Assembly (NCBI GenBank): GCA_977862235.1
Contig: OZ374562.1
Coordinates: forward strand, 930,001 to 994,000
DNA: 64,000 nucleotides
Reading direction: 5' to 3'
DNA from: Dudresnaya verticillata
Lineage: Eukaryota
Shown here piece after piece: positions 13,231 to 26,249 of the stretch; position 1 is the stretch's first letter, and each line of letters starts with the position of its first letter. The position numbers and the translations under genes are program-made. The notes below the pieces were generated by a model. The model searched no databases. It was not told where the DNA came from and worked only from the letters and a program-made list of their open reading frames with translations.

Positions 13231-16000
13231 CAAGGGAAGACATCGCGGCGCGTAGCGTAGCGCCGCGATGTGTCCCCGGAGCCCTTTACAGTTTCGCAAA
13301 GTAGTTTTCTGTGTGCAGATGGTTCTGATGTGAACGTTTGACAGGGGTCTGGACGTGGCAGATTGTCATTTTGACAGGGTGCCTGGTCACAACTTGCCAG
13401 TTTGTCATTTTGACAGGCTGCTTAGACGTACCATTTTGTCATTTTGGCATGTTGCCTTAGTGTGCTTGTCTCGCATTTAGACAGTTTGTTTTACCTCGGT
13501 GTTCCACTCTCCTGTTTAGACAGGGTGTTTGTGTACCAGGCTGTCACGGCAGGGCATGTAAGGTGTCAAGACGATTTAATGCAAGAAAAAGAAGAAAGAG
13601 AACACACATCGTCGTTCTGTAAGAGAATGTCCAAGATGCACTAAGATATGAAAGGAATTATCGACGCCTTTAAGAGGCTGTGATTTTCTAAGTAGTAGAA
13701 TCATCCATCACGTCTGCCTTCAACAAAGTCAACAGCCTCTGGGAGAAACGGGTTGCTGACGGGAACAGGCATATTATGGAATGGATGTTCGGGGTCGGAT
13801 GTACGATCTTCCTCCTTATGTAGCAGAAGCATATCGCCAGATTTCTTTGCTCGGGAGAGCGCAACGTATATCTGCCCTGGAGAGAAATCGTTGGAACGCA
13901 GGTCGACGATCATTCTACTTAAGGTATGTCCTTGTGCCTTACGCACCGTAGCGCTGAACGCCTGGCGGATAGGGAACGGCCTTCTCGTGACGCGAACTCC
14001 GTGAAATTCAAACTGAAAGTCTATGCGATGTAACGCGAAGTATTCCAGTTCGCTTCCAGATTGACAAATCTTCGCACCGTAAACCATCCTGCGTGTATAG
14101 CGCTTGACGACAAACATTGCTCCATTGACAATGTGAGGGTGAAGAACGTTTCTGATAACCATGACTGGAACACCGAGTTTAAGTTGTAGATCATGCGGCG
14201 GAACCCCTGTCGGCATATACCGGTACGTCATTTCTGCCACAATATTGTTGCTGATAGGGTTGGAACTGCTGCCGCTGCGTCGGGCCGGAACAATGCTGGT
14301 TGCCGGCTTGAGTGAGAACATTGTTCCCGGGAATCGTTTCAAGCATTCCTCATTGTGATCATCGACGAGCGCGTTGGTGGGACAAACAATCATGCAGTTC
14401 GGCTCGACATCCCTCGGATTTCCGGTTCTAGCCCACTTCCAAAGACCTTCGTACGCTGCTGTCATATCGCCGGTGGAATAAAGAGGAAGCGGGCGTGTGG
14501 CTGGGAACCTCCCAGTCGCGATAGACACCAACATTCTACTGAATCTCTGGTCTTCTGCCTGCCGGACCTGCTGAGTAATGCGGAGGACATTCACACGGGG
14601 CCAAAGGGAGGAAGCCCACGGACGTTCGTCCAAAAGTGATACGTTAACGTAGCGTGTAGTCCCCTGTTCATCTTCCTGCAGTCTCCTTGACGGCACTACG
14701 GGGAGAAGCTGAAGATAGTCTCCCGCAAACACGATACTCAAGCCTCCAAATAGCGGCTTGTCTTGTGCAGAATCCGAGCTACTGCTGGTACCCCCACCAC
14801 CGGTCCTTGAATGTCCCGGTCTCACTCTAAGGTCCTTCAGAATTGCGTCAACGTGCCCAAATAGAACGCGTTGCATCATCGAGGCCTCATCAACAATGAG
14901 AAGTGCCATGTTTCGAAGCATCTCTGCTCTTTACGAACGTGGCCCATACTTTGGATGCTTCGCATGTCGCTCAGAACCATCTTTGTCATCGACTCCAAGA
15001 CCAAGTAAGCTGTGGAGTGTGCGCCCCCCTGAGTACAGCGATGCCACAATACCTATAGTCGCAGTAATCTCCACGTGCATTCCCTTAACCTGTGCCATGT
15101 CTGTCGCGTAGTAGAGAAAGAAGATAAGTCTTCCCTGTTCCAGCGTGTCCTTGTAAGAAGAATACTTTTCCATCTGTCCCTAGTGTGTCTTGCCGACGTC
15201 GTTCGATTAAGTTGGTCATGAGCCTGTCAAACACACGCTTCTGTTGTGAGTTTAAAGTACGGTACTTGTCCTCCAGGCGTGTTCGTGTACTCCTAGATGA
15301 AGAAGCGAGATTGATCTCGTTCTGTACCCTTTCAGTCTGCGTGGATCGTTCCGGAGAACTGACGAAAGAATGGAATGAACGGTGATGCCGTAGTAGATAC
15401 CCGCCATGACGGTCGTATATCTCAATGGGTCTGCGGATAAGCTCGGCCTTGTTGCTAGCAGTAGAGCCCAGGTTAATATCGGATGTCAAATAGTCCATGT
15501 GCCTCTCTAACATTCTATTTGGATGCCCTACCTGCTGTTAAAGCTTCAATATCATGAAGCGCAGGCTTCCAGGAGTTGAATGCATTCGCACTGCTTCATC
15601 GAAGGACCGGTCATACTCATTTCCATCGGCATAGGTATCGTTTTCATACGTAAGCGTTTCCCATAACGTTTGGAACTTGAAAGGGATAGACGGATTCATA
15701 CTTGACAAACTCCGCAGTCCATTCTCATTAGTTCGTGAACAGAAACAACTCCAAGACATAGGCCTTAAATGGGCCTATGCAGTTATGAAGGCTCTTATCA
15801 TTGTCCGAAGAAGTCTTGGAGACGACGGGGTTTGCAGCTCGAATTTCAAGACACGGTGACCTACCCAGCTTCCGTGACAATGGTGACAATAGTAAGCTGG
15901 ACTTTGAATTGGACAAGGCTTGGGCACCATCAATGTACCCTTCGAGTAAGGACATGTCTGGGAAGAAGGGACGAGTAAAGAAGCTGGCAGAAATTATATC
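13231..16000 (-). mobile_element. Helitron remnant: 3' end plus part of RepHel; 5' end not located
   Basis: 12-bp stem hairpin ACATCGCGGCGC/GCGCCGCGATGT (13240-13271) followed on the minus strand by CTTG|T; TTTGACAGG subterminal repeats; helicase gene points toward this end. Confidence 0.8.
13701..15760 (-). pseudogene. Pif1-family SF1B helicase of Helitron RepHel, frameshifted
   Basis: GHAGTGKT (Walker A), IVDEASM (Walker B), AGDYLQLLPV, PPHDLQLKLGVPVMVIRN, KAQGHTL..GQIYVALSR; upstream DGNEYDRSFDEAV..LR linker resembles Helitron RepHel. Confidence 0.93.
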
Positions 16001-16449
16001 CGGTTGCTTTCCACTTCTCTTTCAGACAAGGCTTGGATTGCTTAAGGGTGAAACTGTTAGAAGTAGTCCCCAGTGACACTATGTAAATCAAAGGTACCTC
16101 TAAACGCTACCCAAACACTAAACGCTGGTAAACTGGCAGTAGCTCTGTAACGACAGCGTTGGGACAAAGGCAACTTACGCATCCCTAGCCGGCTTGAACG
16201 GTATACCCAGATGTCACGTGCACGAGAACATACTTCTCTAGGCCTAGAACAGCCAGACCCCATTACTGGCGGTATTGGTGCTAACACTGAAAATAAGCGT
16301 TTTTGGAAAATCACCAACAAACGGGCATTTTCCGAATTTGTTGTTGTCCCTTGTAAGCCCGCTCCCGAGGACCGCTCCGCCGTTTCTGGTATTTCAGTTC
16401 CCTTCCTGGGTTGTTGGTACACATTCTATACAAATATTCTCACATAAAG

Positions 16450-17345
16450 TCTTCATTAGCTGCTTCGCTGCTCTCTGCAGCACAGTGGACTACTACACGC
16501 ACCAATGCTTCAACCACGGACTCCTTCTTTGACCACAAGATGTCATCGGCTCATTTCCGTAACCGTGCTGTCCGTAAGACGTGGGTTTAGGCGTGGGTTC
16601 ATGAGATGGCGTACTAAAGCCTCCCGATGGAGACCCCGAGCATAGCTTGTTCAGAACGCGACTTCCGTACATATTTTCCAGAGGGCCTTTTGGAGAAGAG
16701 CGAAGTTGACCTGAATGTTTCTCTCATACTTGCATATAGAGAGAAGGCGGAACCCACACGAGCTGCCTCGATGCTCGAAAATGTCCGTCAAGAAAACCCC
16801 TAAGAGTTCTTATCTGCACATGCCCTTGCCAACCTCTACATTGAGAACCGCGGTAATCGTTTTTGGGAAGAAGGGACTAATCCGAGGCCTTCGACTGTTG
16901 TAGGACGGAATCGGCCGTGGTGACTTGAAGGCTACTGCCGCATATTTGCACTTCTCGGATGAAAACAAGTTCGGGTCGATAACGAATCCAATCAAACATC
17001 GAACTGCCCTCCTTGAACGCGTAATTAGGTGCGGTGAGGGCGAGGAGAGGTACCACGCAAGTCTGATGCTGTCGAAGAGCTTTCACAGGGGAACACAATT
17101 CTCTACCAGGGACAGGGCTCGAGCACTGCCACTGTACGAGATAGCCGCAGAGCTAAGGGGCTTTTCTGGAAAGCGAGACTTTCTACCGCTGAAAACATTG
17201 GCCTAAATGCTGTATGAGGCCGAAGGGATTGAGACTCCCGACTATCTCCGTGCCAAGAAAGCACTCGAGCTCCTTGTGGAGCTTGATGCTGGGGCGCTCC
17301 CTCGCATGGTATTATACGACGTTTGCGAAACGTTAGGGGAGATGC
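16450..17345 (+). pseudogene. Decayed unknown gene, possibly with Sel1-like helical repeats
   Basis: In-frame pieces 16715-16903 and 16925-17206; RDRARALPLYEIAAE weakly resembles a Sel1 repeat. Confidence 0.3.
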
Positions 17346-17347
17346 AC

Positions 17348-19400
17348 TTAAAAGGCCAGGGATGCAAGAAGGATTTTTAATGCGCGAAGAGAATATTCAC
17401 CAGAGCAGAGATGATTGCAGATCATTCGTTCTTGGAGGCGACCATGCGGAAACGGGTTCCAGAAATTGATGGAACGATGTTCTGTGGCGGGAGGGACCGG
17501 TTTATAGCCCTCAAGGTATGCCGTAGGGATCATCGTCATTTCAATTTCATTCATGCATAGCCCCTTTAACGCACTGACAACGGATGGGCAAGGTCTACTT
17601 GCGCATCCCCAGCCGACCGGCACTGTATAGAAAATCATGACACTTTGTTAGTACAGTTTCAGTAAGTGGATAAAGATGAGGGGCTGAGATGACTTCATGA
17701 AACGTCTCCACACAGCAGGGGGCAAAATGATCAATGCAGAAATATTTACCTAGCCTACACCTCTCTGTTCCCAATCTGTTCACCTACTTAAGTACAGGGG
17801 TTGTAGCGGCAACGCCAGCCGCGATAACCATTAGATCCTGTCTGGGGGCACAAAGGGTGGGACAAATGCTGACTAGTGAGTCAGCGATCTGTATTTGGGC
17901 CATCTCCACTGCCCACTCTTCCCATCGGATGTAACCATCGCTGGACAGCAGCTTTGATACGCCGTCTATGCGTGTGAACGAACAAAAGAGCAACCATGCA
18001 GAAGAGCAAGCAGAAGTGGAAGAAGTACACATGTTCCATGCTGCTATAAGTTGGATAATTTCTGGCATGCTCTGCTGTGTTGTGAACAGCAAGTCCCATA
18101 CTATCCCTGACTTATATACGTATATGTTAAGGATATTTAAAAGTATTTGTGTATGCATGAAGAGTGTTCATGAGGCTCTTCATTTGTTGTGATTTCCGTT
18201 TGGCGAGTCTACGTAACAATATTGAACTCCCGAACAAGTTGAAGAGTGAACTCCATGATGCATGATATAAACAAGTTTTGATAATCCGAGAATAAGTGCG
18301 CGGGCACGAAAGGCGGTAAGATGACGTTATTCTCGAAGAAGAAGCTCTTTTGGCCTGTATCCTTGCAGTGCCACCAGTCGTATGTCAGATTGCCGAGGGG
18401 ACTACTAATATATGCCTCTCCGATGTGGTGAACGCGACGGAGGGATTGGAGGAAGGAAGTCGAAATTGAGAGGATAGTGTCCCAGATACCGAAAACGTGT
18501 CTTTGTAGAGCGACGTTTCTGATGAGGACTTTGTCTCCACGCTTCTTGCGATAAGAACTCAGTGCCTTGGTTCCGTTGGCTTGGTGATGTATCTCGAAGC
18601 AGATATTATTGAGAGCGGCAGGGACGGAGATTTTGGTGAGTGCACAACGGGTGGTGGTGTCGGAACGATTAGTGGAGACTGCGTTGAAGATGCCCTTGAT
18701 GCTGGAAAAGAGCATATTTCTATTTTTATAGCGACGGTTTCGTAGAAAAGGTCCGTGTCCTCCTCTTTTTGACCAGCTGAGGATGGTGGGCAGGGAAAAG
18801 GGTCCTTCTAATCCCAGAGTCTTCTGCGCCGCTCTCGCGTAACCATGTCTTCTCCAGTTTATCTTTGACCTCCGAGTGCAAGAGGAAGATTGGGAATGCT
18901 TTGTTTAGGGCTATGGCCATGGTAGCCAAACTGTCGAACACGGCTGCAATATAATCACTTTTGATACGGCTTGTAGGGTCGAGTAGGTTTACTGGCACCT
19001 CGCAATCCCATCGCTCCTCAAAGGCTCTTCTTCTATTACATAAACGTTTGGTGAGGCGCGTCTTCACTGCGTGGACACTGGTGACGATGTCTGTGTGTGT
19101 TGCACAATTACCGAAGGGCGATTCTTTCATGCGGCTGGGTTGAGCCGACAGATATGGGGCCGTTTTTCCATCGCGCATAGGACGTCGCATACTATGCAGC
19201 GCAGGAAAAGGAGTACGTAGGATCGGAAAGCGCAGAGCCAGAGAGGTAGAGCCGTAGCACATGACTTGTACCTTTCCAGTTCGATACTAATGAGCTGCAT
19301 GCCTTGATGGGATATGTTCTCATCGCATCCAAGTAGGCCTTCCTCGTGGGCACAGCCCGCCTCCAAGAACAGGTTGACGACACGTGCAGCTATGCGGATT
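17348..19400 (-). pseudogene. Decayed unknown large gene
   Basis: Six abutting minus-strand ORF pieces with globular-protein composition; no recognisable motif. Confidence 0.4.
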
Positions 19401-19799
19401 CAGTGTTGAATGCGGACTGTGTTGCGGGTATGCAGCCTATTGTATGTGTCATGCTCTGTGTCGGTAAGAGCCGATCGGATGTTATCTATAAGCTGTGACG
19501 CATATAGAGTGCAACGAGCGGTACGGGAATCAACGTTTGTCGGTTGAAAACGTAGCGTCAGCCCTGACAGACAAAAACGGTGCATAGAGCTCCAGAACGC
19601 AGAAAGCCTGTTTCAACGTTTCCACCACCGGAATACGTTCCACAGCCCCCAGTACTCCCCGGTTTCATCGCCCTTTCCCTCGGTGAGAGCTCCGCTTTCA
19701 TCTACGTTTCGGCCATTGGTCCACTTAGGCCACAACCTCCTCCCCCATTTAACTACCCTTGTAAGCGCCACTGCCCCTACTAACCATACATGTAACCGG

Positions 19800-20450
19800 C
19801 GTAAACGACCCCTGGCCACAACGTAGGTATGCAGTGTCCTGTCGCAACGTCGACTTGACCACTTCCCTTCCGCATCGTACGATCTATCTACACGCTCCTC
19901 GAGCAACGTACACTCTAGCTAAACGCTCCTACGGCTACCTACGCTCTATGTAAAAGCTCTTGTGGCAACGTACGTTCTATCTACAAGCTCTTGGGGCAAT
20001 GAACGTTCTATCTACAAGGTCTTGTGGCAACGTATGTTCTATCTAACCGCCCCTCGGCAGCGTATTCCCTTTCTGACCGCTCCTGCGGAAATGTCGGCCC
20101 AAATACCCCCTGTGGCAACGTAGGCTCAAATGCCCCTGCCTCAGCGTATACGGAAACTCCGCCTGCTGCAAAGTAGGCCTTAACACTCTCCTGCCAAAAC
20201 GTCGTGCCAAACACCCCCTGCCGCAACGTAGGCCCAAACAGTGCCCTGCGGCAAAGTACGCTCTACCCAAACGCGCCTGCGGCAACGTATGCCCAAACAG
20301 TGCCCTGGGGAAAAGTACTCTCTACCCAAACGCCCCTGCGGCAACGTATGCCCAAACAGTGCCCTGCCGCAACGTAACCCGAACACCAATGCCACAACCT
20401 AGGCTTAAACAATGCCCTGCCCCCACGCCCCCTGCGCTAACATACCCTTT
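19800..20450. repeat. Degenerate minisatellite (GCAACGTA core, ~30-60 bp units)
   Basis: Repeated GGCAACGTA..CCCAAACAGTGCCCTG and CGTTCTATCTACAAG units. Confidence 0.85.
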
Positions 20451-20654
20451 ACGTTATTCGCTACCTACTGTAATCACTCCCTAATACAATAAATCTCTAA
20501 GAAACCGTATCAACTATGACTACAGCGCTCGCAGCGTCCCAACACATGGACACCCTGATGTTACATTGGCATACCGCAACCCCAGTAGCACGAGGCAAGG
20601 CTGCGTTGCAGAGCACTTGCCCTACAGTCTCCCGGTTGACACGTACCGTGTCAA

Positions 20655-20890
20655 CCGGGAGACTGTCTTTGGGGTTCTTCGTGTCTTACATTATTCTCCC
20701 AGGGACAGTTGTCTTTCAGCTGTAAGACAAAATGTCGTTGATGTTCTTCGTGTCTTACATTCATTCTCCCCGGGAGAGTTGTCTTTCAGCTGTAAGACAA
20801 AATGTCTTTGGGGTACTTCTTGCCTTACAATGTTCTCCACGGGACAGCTGTAAGACAAAATGTCTTTGGGGTAATTCGTGCCTTACATTG
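20655..20890. repeat. Tandem repeat, 3-4 units of ~60-70 bp
   Basis: CAGCTGTAAGACAAAATGTC occurs three times; TCGTG(T/C)CTTACATT repeated. Confidence 0.85.
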
Positions 20891-22300
20891 AACTTGTATA
20901 GAAACGAGCATGGCGAATGACAAGGCAACACATACCCCACAGAAGTGCATTACTGCCTTTCTGGTAACCCAACGTAACCCTAACTCATTCTCTCGCAGAA
21001 GATTGCCTGACAATCTCCGAACCTTCTTGAGCTTGCATGGTGCGACGATGAATCGCATCGACTTGGTGTCGATGACCACTCCCAGGTGCTCGACAGCTGT
21101 GCTCCCTTCCCCTTCCCCTTTTCGTGGGTGCCTTGTCAGCTCTAGTGCCTTCAACACCTGTTCAACAATTTCGCGGGCCTACAGGCAGTTTTCTGGGTCG
21201 CTTGAGTCCCATCTAGAGATGGGGCTTAAGACGTCTTACGCGCAATCCTGTACTCCGGAGAATCTTGATGAACAAGTCGATCAGCTGGATGAACCAAAGC
21301 GGAGAGCGCCCCCACCCAAAAGACAAGGCCACATATCGGCAATATCGCTTTCCATACCGGAAGATGAACCAATCCATCATCCGAGGGTGGAGGCGGAAAT
21401 GACGATACCCGTTTTTGATATTCATGGAAAGGAAGTGGTCACCTCGCTGGATGGACATTGCAAATCCAGAAAGCGACTCCGTTTGCAAACTGCTTTTTGG
21501 CCAGTGTTTGGACTGATTACTCAAGTTCACCGCCAGTCTTCCTTTCCGATCTCCTTCTGAAAGCGCTTGACACACTACTCAGGCTGAAGATATGATAGAT
21601 CCTCTTTGAATCGCCACTTTTGCCTCGCCTGCCGAGATCTCCTCGTAAATTCCGGACAAACACCTGTCGACGATGTCTGCTTGTGCGATGCTCCTGTCCT
21701 CTAGGGACTGGAGGATCTCTCCCATCTACATTCCGAAACCAGGCCGGAACGGAATTGATGGTTCTTAGATGATCCCGAACTGGATTGCCCCTCATAAGTA
21801 TTCGGAACAACCCAATTGGCGCCATGTTTCTACGCGAACCTGTGTCTCGCGCCATAGCGGGCGCCCTCCTCCACTGGCAACTAATTGTTGCTGGCGACTC
21901 CACCTTTTACAGAACGATTCGTGGCGTTACTGGCGCTAAGGGTGGCTACCGCCTTCATTAACGGGGCCTTCATGTGTGTGTCGAGCTTGTCCATTGTCTC
22001 GATCAAATCATCCGACGGAGTTCTATTGATTCTATTGAATTGGGTGCGCAGTACTACCACCCGCAAAGCATACCCTATGGTGATCGTGTCCCAGACATTG
22101 AAAATATTGGACTCATCCATATCTTTCTTCACAAAGCTCTCGTTCCTCAAGTCGATCCCGGCCTCGTGGAGGGCCAGCCAGTAACCTGAATCATTAGTGT
22201 AGTTGCTTCGTACTCGTGGATCGCCCTGAGGCCTGAGTACGTCTCCATCTAGCAACGAATGGGCCACTCTGTGTGGTCGGAAAAGCCACCTGAGAAGGAT
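20890..22300 (-). mobile_element. DIRS/Ngaro-type retroelement fragment (gag-like ORF plus RT), internally deleted
   Basis: GDHFLSMNIKNGYRHFRLHP..ALSFGWGRSPLWF and HLGVVIDTKSMRF..KLKKVR fit DIRS-class RT; YxDD deleted; no tyrosine recombinase seen. Confidence 0.75.
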
Positions 22301-22759
22301 GCTACTCCTTGGCCTTGCTCGTAAGGGTACGGCTTCACCACAAAGTCCTTATCATCACGGCAGCAGCGCACGCGATCTGTCCGTAGGCTCGGATTCACTT
22401 TCCGTCCAAATCAGCCTCTGCAAGGCTTTTGCGTTGCAGCTATGGAATTCGACAGGAACTCTTCAACCCACCTGCGGTTATCTTCAATGTCCATTGTGAT
22501 TAGTCTTGACTCGCCTTAGCGATTGGTCGCGAATCTTTTGACCGCTTCCCATGTACCCACCGCCAATGTTGCGGGGACTCTCCGCAAGAGAGAGGCATGC
22601 CCGGATTATCCCACGACGCCGGTGCCGCCGATCTCAAGTACAGTCGTTGAGACACCGTTGAAATCCAATTGGGCCGCGCCGTAGTGATCCAATTCATACG
22701 CATCGCGTCGTGCCAGGTTTCCTGGCCACTCTCGCTATTTAGGTCTATGTCGTTTCATC

Positions 22760-25740
22760 AGCATAAACTCGTGTCTATACAAGACGAAAAAGACCAAGGT
22801 AGTAGGACATGCATTACCCAGACCTCATCAGGTTTTGAGTATCGGTGCTCTCCAAGAAGTTGTCGGATACCCAGAAGGATAAACCTAACGCTGAACCGAG
22901 TTGGCAAGACACAGTCCATATAGGTATCGAAGACTCCGCGACCCGATCCCAAATTTTGGATATGCTGCAAGAGTACCATGAGATGTGGCCAGGACAATTA
23001 CGTACCATTAAGGAAAACTCAGCATAGGATTGATTTGATCAATGGGCAAAACCCATCTATCAAACACCCCAATAAGGCTGGTCTGAAAGCAAGAGAAGCC
23101 AAGAAACCGGAAGTACAACGCATGTTACGCGAAGGCGTCATTGAACCCTCCGACGAAGAATGGGCCAGCCCTGTGGTCCTTGTGCCAAAACCTGATGGGT
23201 CACTACGTTTATGCGTGGATTATAGCCGACTTAATAGTATTATTGGAAGAGATTTGTATTCGTTACCTCTAATGAATGTATTGACTCACTAGGAGACGAG
23301 AAGGTGTTCATAGCTCTCGACTGTAACAGTGGCTATTGGCAAGTAGAAGTTGATCCAGACGACCGCTATAAGACGATGTTCACTTCCCATGAAGGGTTAT
23401 AATGATTTATACGGATCCCATTTGGTCTCAAGAATGCGCCCGCCACGTTCCAACGAGCTGTCGACATCATCATGTCGCAATGGAAATGACAATATGCCTT
23501 CGCCTATCTGGACGACGTTATCGTATACTCTAAGATGTGAAAGATCATTGTCACCATTTGGGGACTGTACTGAATCTGCTCCGACCCGCCGGGGTTTCTC
23601 TTATGTTTTCGAAGTGCAAGCTTTTTGAGTCATCCGCCGATTACCTCGGACTTTTCATCAGCCCTGGGAAACGCGAAGTTACCTCCAAGAATGTGAACGC
23701 CCTACGTCAAGCGAAACCTCCTACGGATCAAACCGAGTTAAGGTCATTCCTTCGGTATGTAACGTCTATAGGCGTTTGGTCCCCAGTTATGCACCAATTT
23801 CGTCTCCTCTCTCACGGAAACTTCGAAAGGATCAACCTATCACTTTTGAGTCACTTACAGAGTATGAGTACGACACCTTCGACGAGCTTAGACGCCACCT
23901 TTTAACGGCACCAATATTGACTTTACCTCGAAAGGTATTCCGCTATTACGTTGAGACTGATGCGTGCGACCTCCAGGTTGGCAGCTGCATACTTCAAGAA
24001 AATGATCAAAGGGACAAGATACCTATCGGTTATTTGAATCGGAAACATAATTCCGCGGAGCGTAACTATTCAGCAACCGAACGGGAGTGTCTTGCAGTAG
24101 TATGGAGTCTTTTAACTCTCAGATCTTGCCTGAAAGGTGACCAATGTACGGTGAGAACCGACCACGGGCCCCCCATTGGCTGCTAAACCTCTCGGATGCA
24201 TCGGGTCGCCTTGCCCGTTGGTGATTAAGACTCTCCGAGTTCGACTTTCTAGTCACCTACAACCCTGGAAGGGATCACCGTTTGACAGCCACTATGTCGC
24301 GTCTTTCCACTACCGGGAGTGAGCAAACGCCATTAGACGATGACATCCCCTGTTTTACCCTAGCGGTTGAAAACATCACCCCACGTCACCTCAATTTCCC
24401 TACTGTTCGCGCATTGGCAAACCAAAAGGGGTTTCCACAACAGATTAGTAAGCAAGAACTCCTCGAGGAACAATCACGAGACTATTACCGCCAACAGATG
24501 GCTAACCAAGTTGGTATCTCCGGGTCACAATTACAGTGGGACCATAATGGTTTTCGGTCCTCGAAGCGACCCTTGATGGAGCGCTTCAGATCGCGGTACC
24601 AAAGTCACTGCGTCCGCACATACTATAATCACCCCACTATCATTTCCTTTCTGGTCACTGTGGCATTGACGTCAGGTTTAACTGACGTCTAGCTGCAATG
24701 TTCGGGGTTGCGTACAGGCCCGTCAATGGGCGGTGGTAGCTTGTAGTGGTAGAGCAGGGGTGTCGGCCGCGCGCGCCGTCGACGGTCGTGGATCTACAAC
24801 GTCGAACCTAAGCGCGCACGGGGCGGACCGTACGCGGGCGGCAGAGGCCGGAGCGCCTATACGGCTTCCTCTTTCCTCCAGGCGTCTAGGCTTTCTATTT
24901 CCTTTCCGACCGTCGGCTTCGTGCCGCCCCACGACGGGGAGTCAGGGATCCCGCCGCTGCCGCCCGCGTACGGTCCGCCCCGTGCGAGCTTAGACTTAGA
25001 CGCCGTAGATCCGCGACCGTTGACGGCGCGCGCGACCGACACCTCTGCTCTACCACTACAACCTACCACCGCCAGTCGACGGGTCTGGGCGCGACTCCGA
25101 ACAGCGCAGCTAGACGTCAGTTCGACCTGACGTCTATGCCACAGTCACCCTGATGGTTAACGAATGTATTACACCGTCCGAAGACAGTTTTATTGGCCAT
25201 ATATGGAAAATGACGCATATACCGTTGTTGGGGGCTGTACTAAGTGTGTCCAAAATCTGGGTACCTTACGGAAACATTAGAACTACCTTAAGTTGTCTCC
25301 GGCCGCAGGCCCCTCGGAATTCCTTTTTATGGACCTCGCTGGTCCTTTTACCAAAACCGAACATGGTAACCGCTTCGTCTCGGTTATTACCGATCAGTTT
25401 TCAAAGCTTATACGCGAAATACCTTTACGGAATACCAATTCCCGCTCGGTTGTCCAGGTTTTCCTTGAGTACTGGGTCTACCCATACGGTGTTCCGTTAT
25501 GCGCACTTTCCGATAATGGTCCACAGTTCGTGTCGAAACTGTTCGCCACGATCTGTCAAACCCTGGGGTTAGGTCAGTTATTTACCACAGCATACCATCC
25601 GCAGACCAATGGAAAGCCCGAGAGGTTTAATAAGATCCTTGTACGGCGGTGACGTCATTATGTAGCGGATCATCAACGACTGGGACAGTTACGTACATCC
25701 GCTCAAATATACGTAGAACGTTCAGGTTCGCCCTTTGACC
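22760..25740 (+). pseudogene. pol: Pol (RT, RNase H, integrase) of a second decayed Gypsy element (G2)
   Basis: WASPVVLVPKPDGSLRLCVDY, AYLDD, VETDAC, NYSATERECLAVVW, MDLAGP, SDNGPQF, YHPQTNG. Confidence 0.95.
24659..25143. mobile_element. 485-bp fold-back insertion with TGTGG...CCACA ends and 5-bp TSD GTCAC
   Basis: ~190-bp imperfect inverted arms; GTCAC at 24654-24658 and 25144-25148; removing it restores the integrase GHP-x-G codons. Confidence 0.92.
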
Positions 25741-26249
25741 TCATGCTATCCTGGGCGACTTACCTGATACCTCTGTAGGGTTCTCGCACATCGGGTTTAA
25801 CCAATGAAATGGATTCTCAACTCACCTCCGCAGCTTTCCAACGTCTAACCATTTCGGAAACAGGCCATTTCTATCGATAAGGTCACCCTCAAGACATCCC
25901 CAAAACGGTACAAAAACGGCCACAAATTTATGTTACGCTACTGGTGCCGGCTTGACAAGACACGACCGCCCGGAGCTGGGGGTGCAGACTTCGTGCACTT
26001 CGCGGACTTCAAAAGATCTAGTGTGAAACGTCACTCAGAGATTTCTTGCCGCGCGATCACAACGCCACGCGACGGCGTGATCTCATGAAATCAAACGAAA
26101 CGACACCATGGCCGCCCCTCGTTACGTTTTTATATATTTCACGCTGTTATTGTACAGTATTATTGTACTCTCGCAGTAACCAAGTCAAAGGAGAACCACA
26201 CAGGGAGTTACAACACAAGACTCAAGCTTTTTACTGGACACTCTTCAGA

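Noticed and set aside
19800..20890. Repeat arrays as CRISPR
   Set aside because: Degenerate tandem units without unique spacers, no cas genes, and a eukaryotic TE context.
24723..25130. Mutually similar small ORFs on both strands
   Set aside because: They are an artefact of the long inverted repeat.
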